Assembly (NCBI GenBank): GCA_043228905.1
Contig: JBHGNT010000005.1
Location: 1,054,001 to 1,118,000, forward strand
DNA length: 64,000 bases
Origin: Azolla caroliniana
Lineage: Eukaryota > Plantae > Polypodiophyta
Direction: 5' to 3'
Position 1 is the stretch's first letter, and every line of letters starts with the position of its first letter. Made by a program: the position numbers and the translations under genes. Positions 63,945 through 64,000 of the stretch are shown in pieces. The notes beneath the pieces were generated by a model, which had not been told where the DNA came from, did no database searches, and saw only the letters and a program-made list of their open reading frames with translations.

Positions 63945-64000
<56 letters not shown>

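Overview
AT-rich, intron-containing nuclear DNA of a land plant. The gene set, the microsatellite-rich introns and a fungal/non-seed-plant-type chromovirus suggest a non-seed plant, probably a fern (inference). Host genes were reconstructed by hand from GT-AG junctions: a partial gene at the left edge, a 5-exon RKD5-like RWP-RK transcription factor, plastid glutaredoxin GRXS14, a calmodulin-like EF-hand ORF with no in-frame ATG, two convergent PR-10/Bet v 1 genes, POR, a two-exon orphan ORF, initiator tRNA-Met and an intronless GC-rich SMT2. Mobile DNA includes a Mutator MITE, a hAT MITE, a truncated LINE with an internal 3x253-bp triplication, an ~820-bp inverted repeat and decayed retroelement remnants. 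The standout is an intact, very young Ty3/gypsy chromovirus (24570-30508, minus strand) with 551-bp LTRs differing at one site and a 5-bp TSD. It combines four cis-systems readable in the sequence: an 11-nt Tf1-style self-priming site instead of a tRNA PBS, a G-UUA-AAC slippery site plus hairpin for -1 gag-pol frameshifting, two heat-shock-element arrays upstream of the LTR TATA box, and an antisense tRNA-derived Pol III A/B-box cassette inside U3. All coordinates were read by eye and no database searches were run.
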